Shown here: piece by piece, positions 25,575 through 32,488 of the stretch
Position numbering within the stretch: the first letter of the stretch is position 1
Layout of the letters: every line of letters begins with the position of its first letter
Source of the DNA: Candidatus Acidiferrales bacterium
GTDB lineage: Bacteria; Acidobacteriota; Terriglobia; Terriglobales; Acidobacteriaceae
Direction of reading: 5' to 3'
DNA: 64,000 bases
Assembly (NCBI GenBank): GCA_035553195.1
Contig: DATNDP010000221.1
Location: 11,379-75,378 of the forward strand
Made by a program: the position numbers and the translations under genes
The notes under the pieces: model-generated
What the model saw: the letters and a program-made list of their open reading frames with translations, nothing else
Told to the model about the DNA's origin: nothing
Database searches by the model: none

Positions 25575-27008
25575 ATGTCCACCACAGAATTGAATCCGGT
25601 GCTGGAAAGCATGCGCGCGGAAAAGCGCATGGTGGCGCTGAACTCTGTAGTGGCGGCCGTGGGGATCACAACGCTGAAAATCATCGTTGGCATATCCACG
25701 ATGAGCCTGGGCATTTTGTCGGAAGCCGCACATTCCGGGCTGGACCTGATTGCCGCATTCATTACGCTGCTTTCCGTGCGCGTCTCAGACAAGCCGGCGG
25801 ACGCCGAACATCAATACGGGCATGGCAAGGTGGAGAATTTTTCCGCCTTCATTGAAACCGGTTTGTTGCTGCTGACATGTATATGGATTGTTTGGGAAGC
25901 TGTGAGGCGTCTGACTGGCTTTCACCATGTGCACATAGATCCCACTCCTGCTGCTTTCGGTGTCCTGTTTATTTCCATGGCAGTTGACTGGTGGAGATCA
26001 CGCCGACTGCGCCGCATCGCCCTCAAGTACGATAGCCAGGCGCTTGAGGCTGACGCACTCCACTTCAGTACAGATGTTTTCTCCAGCGGCGTGGTCGTGC
26101 TCGGACTGGCTCTGGTTTGGGCAGGACGGACTCTCCAGATTACCTGGCTGACCAAAGCTGATCCCATCGCTGCGCTCGTCGTTTCCGGAGTAATTGTTTA
26201 TGTAAGTTCGCGTTTAGCGCGGCAGACCGTTGATGCGCTGCTCGATGCTGCTCCCGCTGGGCTTCGCAGCCAGATCATCGATGCCGTCCTGAAGATCAAT
26301 GGGGTTATCGAGGTTGAGCGCGTAAGAATACGTCGCGCCGGAAATCGCTATTTTGCGGATCTGACGGTGGGTCTGGCCCGCAATGTTACGTTCCAGCGCT
26401 CTGAGCAAGTGGTGGTAGAGATTACGGCTGCTGTGCACGGAATTCTGCCGGATTGCGATGTGGTTGTTCACTCTGTCCCGCGGGAAACCGGCCGCGAGAG
26501 CATTTTTGACCGCATCCGCGCCACAGCGTCCCGCAATAATTTTAATGTGCATGATGTGAGCGTGCAGGACCTCAGTGGAAATCTTCATGTAGAACTGCAT
26601 CTGGAACTTGATGAAACGCTCAACCTCAAGCAGGCGCATGATGTTGTCAGCCGCCTGGAATCCGAAATACGCAGCGAGGTTCCCGAGATTTCTACCATCC
26701 TTACCCATATTGAAAGCGAGCCCTCTACCATAGAATCGGGCAACATTGTGCATCGCGATGCGGTGCTGGAACAGAAGCTGAAGCCCATCGTGAAGCAGTT
26801 CCCGGAAGTCTTGGACATGCACGAAGTGGAAATTAAACGCGTGCGCGGCAAGGTTTACATGTCCTGCCATTGCACCATGGCTGACGACTTGTCACTTGCC
26901 GACGTGCACGACATATCAACCGAGCTGGAAATTCGCTTTAAGCAGGCTGCGCCCGAGTTGTTCAAGGTGCTTATCCATCCCGAACCACTCACAGATAATC
27001 GGCGCTAA
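25575..27008 (+). CDS. cation diffusion facilitator (CDF) transporter with three tandem cytoplasmic C-terminal domains
   Basis: Six-TM core with HxxxD sites (AAHSGLD, ALHFSTD). At 477 aa it is longer than the roughly 300 aa usual for the family, because the C-terminal domain pattern occurs three times. Confidence 0.9.
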   Translation: MSTTELNPVLESMRAEKRMVALNSVVAAVGITTLKIIVGISTMSLGILSEAAHSGLDLIAAFITLLSVRVSDKPADAEHQYGHGKVENFSAFIETGLLLLTCIWIVWEAVRRLTGFHHVHIDPTPAAFGVLFISMAVDWWRSRRLRRIALKYDSQALEADALHFSTDVFSSGVVVLGLALVWAGRTLQITWLTKADPIAALVVSGVIVYVSSRLARQTVDALLDAAPAGLRSQIIDAVLKINGVIEVERVRIRRAGNRYFADLTVGLARNVTFQRSEQVVVEITAAVHGILPDCDVVVHSVPRETGRESIFDRIRATASRNNFNVHDVSVQDLSGNLHVELHLELDETLNLKQAHDVVSRLESEIRSEVPEISTILTHIESEPSTIESGNIVHRDAVLEQKLKPIVKQFPEVLDMHEVEIKRVRGKVYMSCHCTMADDLSLADVHDISTELEIRFKQAAPELFKVLIHPEPLTDNRR

Positions 27009-27135
27009 TCTCACGCCGAGTTGAATAACAACGCTATTCTTAACTCATTAATATTATAAAAATAAAGTTGTTGTCCTATATTTTTTAACGATGCGCTGTC
27101 TCTATTGCAGCAGACACTTTGCTGCGATCCAAGGA

Positions 27136-27178
27136 AGGACCAGGCGTCACTAGAAGGCTTGGTCCTCGTTTTTTGTTC
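27136..27178 (+). terminator. rho-independent terminator
   Basis: AGGACCAGGC (27136-27145) pairs with GCTTGGTCCT (27157-27166), giving 10 bp with one G-U. The loop is 11 nt and is followed by CGTTTTTTGTT. Confidence 0.6.
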
Positions 27179-27294
27179 AACCACCTGGATAAATTCGAAC
27201 AAAGGCTGGAACTTCGGTGGCTGAAGGGGACCGCTTTTTAAGTTCGAGTGGAAGCCCGGGCTGCGCTCTGCTCATCCAATCTGAGTGGAGAGCG

Positions 27295-27687
27295 ATGCTG
27301 CGAAGACTGACTCAATTTGCGTTGTGCGCTGTTGCTCTGGGCCTGGTTCTGCCGGCCGCCGGTCAGCAACCCAAGGGGCGACCGCCGATGCAGTTACCGG
27401 GTCAGCCTCCCCGCGGCAATAATCCGGCTGACCCCAATGCTCCGGATACAAAGAAGCCCAAAAAACATGACAGTTCAAGTAAGGATGTTCAGGACAAACT
27501 GGAAAAAGCACTGGACAGTAAGAACGCTGCCTATCAAGGATCCAATATCAAGACGGCAGTCGATGACCAGAGCGTGACGCTCACAGGTACGGTAAACAGC
27601 TCAAGCCAGCATGAAATGGCTCTTCAAATCGTGCGCGCCTATGCTGAGAACCGGAAAATCGTTGACAAACTGGTTATCCAGCCCTAG
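27295..27687 (+). CDS. secreted BON-domain protein
   Basis: Signal peptide MLRRLTQFALCAVALGLVLPAAG, a Pro/Lys-rich linker, then a BON-like segment NIKTAVDDQSVTLTGTVNSSSQHEMALQIVRAY. Confidence 0.75.
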   Translation: MLRRLTQFALCAVALGLVLPAAGQQPKGRPPMQLPGQPPRGNNPADPNAPDTKKPKKHDSSSKDVQDKLEKALDSKNAAYQGSNIKTAVDDQSVTLTGTVNSSSQHEMALQIVRAYAENRKIVDKLVIQP

Positions 27688-27695
27688 CTGTCAAC

Positions 27696-27887
27696 TTAAG
27701 CGGCGGCGCGGAAGACCTGCTCTACGGATACGTCCGACTTGCGGATGAAAAAAATATGACCATTGCTGCAGGTAAGCACTTGCAGGCCTCCGACCCTGAT
27801 GTCGTTAGCCTTTCTCGCTTCCACCTCGTATTCTTCCAGCACTTCGCGAATGAACTCGACATGGCAGATTGGACATTGCAGCGTCAT
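27696..27887 (-). CDS. small hypothetical protein (CxxC plus C-x3-H, zinc-ribbon-like)
   Basis: 63 aa. The ATG is preceded by AAAGGAGAG. Contains CPIC near the N-terminus and CSNGH later. Confidence 0.5.
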   Translation of the reverse strand: MTLQCPICHVEFIREVLEEYEVEARKANDIRVGGLQVLTCSNGHIFFIRKSDVSVEQVFRAAA

Positions 27888-28063
27888 GAGGGTCTCTCCT
27901 TTCGCACGACAACGGTTGTGTGCTGATGTTTTGATTTGCGATGCGAGCTGCTGGATTCAGGTGGTCTGTTTTATTCGTCAAGAATAGTTATGCGCAATCG
28001 GCGCCTTAGACAATTCTCATCTTCGATTGTCGGTATTTTAGAACCGGTTCCAAGACACGACGA

Positions 28064-28333
28064 CTACGGTTCTGCTCCGCTAATGGCGGTTTTTGACTGG
28101 CCTTCCTCAAGAGGATGCAATTCATAAACGTGCATCGGCTCGTAGGTGAAACTGCACTCAACCGTTTGGAGCAGCTCGAAGCTGACCATATCCAAACATT
28201 TGGCGCATCTCGGAAAACTCTCACCTTTGCAGATCGTGACCGCGTGCGGCAGGCGGTGTCCAGCGTGAATAACACGGTAAACGGCGCTTTCCGGAACCAG
28301 TTCACCAGTTTTATAGGAGTTAAAAGCAGACAT
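28064..28333 (-). CDS. small hypothetical protein
   Basis: 89 aa with the pattern GELVPESAVYRVIH..HRLPHAVTICKGESFPRCAKC, reminiscent of small conserved Cys/His proteins. No clear Shine-Dalgarno. Confidence 0.4.
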   Translation of the reverse strand: MSAFNSYKTGELVPESAVYRVIHAGHRLPHAVTICKGESFPRCAKCLDMVSFELLQTVECSFTYEPMHVYELHPLEEGQSKTAISGAEP

Positions 28334-28484
28334 TGGTAGACGCTGGCAGGCGACTGGTAATGCTAGCAGACCAGAGGGGCAAAATGACGCGAGAGGCGTA
28401 GGAATAAGTTCTAGGTCTGTTGTCCACGGCCAACGGAGTTACATTAAGAGGGTTACGGCAAAAGGCTTAAAAACACCGTAAGGT

Positions 28485-28509
28485 GGCAGATGGCTGCCGG
28501 CCATCTGCC
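28485..28509 (-). terminator. GC-rich hairpin downstream of the 28553-29368 gene
   Basis: GGCAGATGGC (28485-28494) and GCCATCTGCC (28500-28509) form a perfect 10-bp stem with a 5-nt loop. On the minus strand a TGTTTTT run follows about 10 nt later. Confidence 0.45.
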
Positions 28510-28552
28510 GTTTAAAGCAGTGAAATCGCGCAGAAGGCGAAGTGGAACGTTG

Positions 28553-29368
28553 TCACTCCGAGACGCGCGGCGCTTCATGCGTCACGCGCATCTTCATCAT
28601 GCCTTGGGTAGTTTTATAGCCAGCAGGCACTTGAAAGAGTGATGCGTCCGGTTCGCCCTGTTTGATGTCAGTTAACTGGAATACCGTCTCGCCAAAACGC
28701 GGGTCGTTGCGCTTTTGCAGCACCACGGTTTGCAATTCAGGCGAGGTCCACGTTTCCACCGTGATCTGGATGGGCTGCTCGTTTCCGATGGCGCCTGCAG
28801 GTATGGTCCGCGTCACACGCGTACCCTCCGAAGTCACTCCGCCGACCTCCTGCTTGCCCAGGGATTCCGTCTTGATTTCACCCTGCTCGTCCTGTGACAT
28901 GGTTTTCATCATTTTCCTGTGCATCTGCGCCATGCCCGGCATGCCTTCGTGCTTCATCACATGGGCGGTTTGTTTATCAGGGTTCAGCATGTACATGGCT
29001 TGTGCCACGGGATCATGGATCATGATCATCTTTGCTCCATTCACGGCTACCGGTCCCATTCGGCCCATTGTTTCCTCGCGGCGTGTGCGCCCTTGGCCAT
29101 CACGAGCCACGAATCCGCTTTGCTTATGCACAATGCGATTGCCGTCAGCAAGGACTTGGGTGGACTCCGTGGTTGCGGTTGCCGTGTAGGGAGCGCCTTT
29201 TACAACTTTGTGGTCCATGTCGCCAATGAACAGCAATTCGCCATGTGCCGGCCCCGCCATCACCATAATTGGTGCATCCGGAGGAGCGGAGGCAGGAGGA
29301 GCCTGCTGGCCAACTGCCAACCCGGCCATCAGGAGCACTGCGACGATGCAAACATGTACTGGCTTCAT
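28553..29368 (-). CDS. secreted protein with a methionine-rich central segment
   Basis: Signal peptide, then 13 Met within residues 101-157 (for example HVMKHEGMPGMAQMHRKMMKTM). It lies directly downstream of the anti-sigma gene. Confidence 0.7.
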   Translation of the reverse strand: MKPVHVCIVAVLLMAGLAVGQQAPPASAPPDAPIMVMAGPAHGELLFIGDMDHKVVKGAPYTATATTESTQVLADGNRIVHKQSGFVARDGQGRTRREETMGRMGPVAVNGAKMIMIHDPVAQAMYMLNPDKQTAHVMKHEGMPGMAQMHRKMMKTMSQDEQGEIKTESLGKQEVGGVTSEGTRVTRTIPAGAIGNEQPIQITVETWTSPELQTVVLQKRNDPRFGETVFQLTDIKQGEPDASLFQVPAGYKTTQGMMKMRVTHEAPRVSE

Positions 29369-29395
29369 TAGTGATTCTCCTTTAATAATGCTTTT

Positions 29396-29986
29396 TTACT
29401 GAACCAATCTCACTGCATAAGGCGTGCCGTCGCGGTCTGTAATGAAATCTGCCGTTACCGGCTGGTCTGAGAGGTCTCCAAGCACAGGCGCTCCCAACAT
29501 GCGCAGCTCTGATCCCGGCAACTCCACGCGGACTACTTGCAGCTCTCCGCTCGCCGTTGCGGGATCATAACTGGGCAGAGCGATGAAGTTCTCTGATTCG
29601 CTGCTGGTCTGCTCATCAGTTGCTGGCCGAGGATGCTTCGTTATGGCACGTGCGGCCAGCTGAGTTGCGTCAGAATGTTTTGCCACCGGTTGGGTTGGCA
29701 CTTCTGCCACTTTTTGGAGTTTGGGCGGTGGTATCGTCGCGAGTTCATTTCCTGGAGCGGGTGCACGCAAGTTGAGCATTGCCGCGACCAGAAGCAATAA
29801 AACAGCAACAGAAGCCGCAGCCAGGAACCGCTTCTGCCGGCGGCGAAGATGGTGTCGGCGAAACTGGCCCAAAAGGCTGGCTTGCAGTGCCTCCGGCGCA
29901 TTGCGCTCGGTGCCTGAGGCCAGCCGGTGCAGTGCTGATGACAGCAGCGCCTCCGAGGGCGCACGAACTGGATCTATTTCACGCAT
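29396..29986 (-). CDS. probable membrane-spanning anti-sigma factor
   Basis: Overlaps the stop of the upstream ECF sigma gene by 13 nt. It has a single TM helix (FLAAASVAVLLLLVAAML) and an extracytoplasmic C-terminal domain. The call rests on position and topology only. Confidence 0.55.
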   Translation of the reverse strand: MREIDPVRAPSEALLSSALHRLASGTERNAPEALQASLLGQFRRHHLRRRQKRFLAAASVAVLLLLVAAMLNLRAPAPGNELATIPPPKLQKVAEVPTQPVAKHSDATQLAARAITKHPRPATDEQTSSESENFIALPSYDPATASGELQVVRVELPGSELRMLGAPVLGDLSDQPVTADFITDRDGTPYAVRLVQ

Positions 29987-30543
29987 GGTTGGCAGCTCAA
30001 TTTTTTCTTCAGCATCTTGCGCCCGCGGTGGACTCTTGAAGCCACAGTTCCGGGTGAACACTTGAGCAGTTCGGCGGCGTCCTGGTAACTGACATCTTCA
30101 AGGTCGCACAAGACGATTGCTTCCCGGTACTGCTGGGGCAAGGCCAGCACTGCGGCGCGAACCGCTGATACCAGTTCGCCGTTTGTAAGGTCCCGCAAAA
30201 CATCCATTTCCTCGGCGAGAGCGAAGTCATCGTCCTCAATATCTTTGTCCAGGGTCATCTCCCCGCTGACACTCTGAACGGCCCGGCGGGTGATGTTTCT
30301 TGCAATTCCGAAGAGGTATCCGCCTACGGAACCCTTGCCAGGGTCATAACCTTTCGAGTTTGTAATGAGTTGCGTAAACACTTCTTGTGTCGCCTCTTCC
30401 GCCGTTGCGCTATTACCGCTCATATGCAACGCGAACCGGTAAAGCGGGCCCTGATAGCGTTCGAACAGTGCTTTGAAAGCAGCCTCATTCCCTCTGGAGA
30501 GCTGCCGAAGCAACTCCTGGTCATCCTGCGCGAATTCCGCCAT
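29974..30543 (-). CDS. ECF-family RNA polymerase sigma factor
   Basis: Region 2 (FKALFERYQGPLYRFALHMSG...EEATQEVF) and region 4 (REAIVLCDLEDVSYQDAAELLKCSPGTVASRVHRGR) are present. The start is placed at MAEFAQDDQELL; upstream in-frame ATGs at 30612 and 30648 are possible. Confidence 0.85.
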   Translation of the reverse strand: MAEFAQDDQELLRQLSRGNEAAFKALFERYQGPLYRFALHMSGNSATAEEATQEVFTQLITNSKGYDPGKGSVGGYLFGIARNITRRAVQSVSGEMTLDKDIEDDDFALAEEMDVLRDLTNGELVSAVRAAVLALPQQYREAIVLCDLEDVSYQDAAELLKCSPGTVASRVHRGRKMLKKKLSCQPCVK

Positions 30544-30734
30544 GGTTCTGCCCGGTGCTTCGGCTTTTGCTCCTACTCTCCATTGCGCGAATTTGACGGT
30601 TTCTTCCACCATTTTTCTGGAATCTTCTTGGGGCCAGCCCGGGCCCACGACAACTCAGACGTTCCCATGGGCTCTGGGTAAGCCCGCAATTCCGGCAACA
30701 AGCCTGCTATTCTAATGTCCGATTTGGAGCATCT

Positions 30735-31178
30735 ATGGTGGAAGCCAAAGCAAACTGGATTGATGGTGAACGTTTCGCGGCGAGCGCCAGCAGCAGCCAC
30801 GCCGTCGTGATCGACTCAGATCGCCAGCGCAACACCGCGTCTGGGCCTATGGAGATGGTTTTGATGGGCCTGTGCGGCTGCACTGCTACCGACGTGGTGA
30901 GTATTCTGCGCAAGAAACGCGAGCCCTTCACGGGGGTCGAGGTACGTGCTGAAGCCGAACGAGCGCAGCAGCCGCCTACGGTCTATACGTCCATCCATCT
31001 CATCTACACGATTTCAGGGCCGGTCGCGCGCAAGTCGGTGGAAGATGCCGTCCGGCTCTCGGAAGAGAAGTATTGCAGCGTCGCCGCAATGCTGAGGAGT
31101 ACAGCCAAATTAACTTGGGAAATCCGGCTCCTGCCCGCTGTAAATGCGGTTGAAACGCATCTCGAGGCCGCAAAATAG
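30735..31178 (+). CDS. OsmC/Ohr-family peroxiredoxin-like protein
   Basis: 147 aa with the two family Cys contexts (LMGLCGCTATDV and EKYCSVAAML). GGAG Shine-Dalgarno upstream. Confidence 0.9.
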   Translation: MVEAKANWIDGERFAASASSSHAVVIDSDRQRNTASGPMEMVLMGLCGCTATDVVSILRKKREPFTGVEVRAEAERAQQPPTVYTSIHLIYTISGPVARKSVEDAVRLSEEKYCSVAAMLRSTAKLTWEIRLLPAVNAVETHLEAAK

Positions 31179-31228
31179 TGCAGCGGGAGGCCGTGCCGTG
31201 GAATCTTATCTTTCAACGGGAGGAAAGA

Positions 31229-31468
31229 ATGACAGCAAAGAAAGTGGTTGTGTACAGCTCACCCGGTTGACCGCCATGCTCCTGGGCCAAGGCCTACCTT
31301 TCGGAGAAAGGGATTCCATTCGAAATCAAGGACGTCAGCGTGGACCAGCAGGCCGTCTTCGAGCTGGTTCGAACCTACAAAAGCCGCTCCACACCTACGA
31401 TAGTCGTTGGAGACCAAGTCATGATCGGATTCGATCCTGACCGGCTGGACCAGATGCTTGCCGAGTAG
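31229..31468 (+). CDS. YruB/NrdH-type glutaredoxin-like protein with in-frame TGA at the first CxxC position (candidate selenoprotein, or a nonsense pseudogene)
   Basis: GGGAGGAAAGA-ATG, then MTAKKVVVYSSPG-TGA(31268-31270)-PPCSWAKAYLSEKGIPFEIKDVSVDQQAVFELVRTYKSRSTPTIVVGDQVMIGFDPDRLDQMLAE-TAG. The full glutaredoxin fold pattern continues in frame after the TGA. It is absent from the ORF track because of the TGA. Confidence 0.6.
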
Positions 31469-32432
31469 TCTTACCGCACCAGAAATCAGCCCCCGCAGCG
31501 GCCATCAGCAGTCGCACCCCTGGCGGGGGTACTTCTTTATAGCCGGAGCGACGTTTTGCTGGGGAGCCGCTGCAGCGGCCGGCAAGGCAATCTTCAACGG
31601 AAGCGTCTTTGCCGGACGCGCGGCCATCTCACCGCTGGTCTTGTCGCAGGCACGGACGACATTTGCCGTAATTGTTCTCGCGGGCTTTCTTCTGCTGCGC
31701 TTCGGACCGCGCTTTTTACGTATCCAAAGACGGGACCTGCTGCTTTGCGGACTTACCGGCATTCTCGGCTTGGCGGGATCGAATTATTTTTACTATCTCG
31801 CCATTGAGAAGTCTTCCGTGGCCATTGCGATCACGCTGCAATATACAGCTCCTGTCTGGGTTCTGATTACGATGGTGATGCGCGGCCGCGATCGGTTTTC
31901 GGCCACGCGCGTCTCTGCTGTGATCCTCGCCATGGCGGGAACTGCCCTGGCGATTGATGTTTTTCACTCGGGCCTGAGCTTCAAAGCCATGGGAGTGTTG
32001 GGCGGGATCATTGCATCGTTCTCCTATGCTTTTTACAACATCGTGGCGCAGGAACTGGTCAGCCGCCATCATCAGTTCAAGATCATGTTCTACGCGCTCC
32101 TGGCAGCGTCCGCTTTCTGGCTGCTGGTGAACCCTCCGCAGAGGCTGGTGGCTGAGCATTTCACCGGCGCGCAATGGAGTTTCCTGTTTCTTTTTGCCTG
32201 CCTCTCCACGCTCCTCCCGTATTTCTTTTACTTCACAGGACTGAAATATCTCGATCCAACACGGGCAGTTATCGCCAGCTCTCTGGAACCGGTCTTTGCC
32301 ATCCTTTTCGCCGTGAGTTTTGTAGGGGAGATCCTGCGCCCGGTTCAGGTGTTAGGAATTGCAGGAGTGCTCGTCGCAACCATTCTGGTGCAGCTACAGG
32401 GTCACCCGGCACCCTCGCCAGATCAGCCGTAA
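31458..32432 (+). CDS. EamA/DMT-family transporter
   Basis: About ten predicted TM helices in two EamA-like halves. TTG at 31458 is the only start found upstream of the first TM helix, and it overlaps the glutaredoxin-like frame by 11 nt. Confidence 0.8.
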   Translation: MPSSLTAPEISPRSGHQQSHPWRGYFFIAGATFCWGAAAAAGKAIFNGSVFAGRAAISPLVLSQARTTFAVIVLAGFLLLRFGPRFLRIQRRDLLLCGLTGILGLAGSNYFYYLAIEKSSVAIAITLQYTAPVWVLITMVMRGRDRFSATRVSAVILAMAGTALAIDVFHSGLSFKAMGVLGGIIASFSYAFYNIVAQELVSRHHQFKIMFYALLAASAFWLLVNPPQRLVAEHFTGAQWSFLFLFACLSTLLPYFFYFTGLKYLDPTRAVIASSLEPVFAILFAVSFVGEILRPVQVLGIAGVLVATILVQLQGHPAPSPDQP

Positions 32433-32488
32433 CTGCAAAAAGTAAGCGGCCTCACGTAGAGGCTGCAGAGTTACAAAAGAAACCAGGA

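Noticed and set aside
31144-31440. 98-aa track ORF (MRLKRISRPQNSAAGG...) covering the OsmC-EamA gap.
   Set aside because: It is out of frame relative to the glutaredoxin-like reading, its translation is Arg/Gly/Ser-rich with no motif, and it starts inside the OsmC gene. The glutaredoxin frame with the in-frame TGA explains the region much better.
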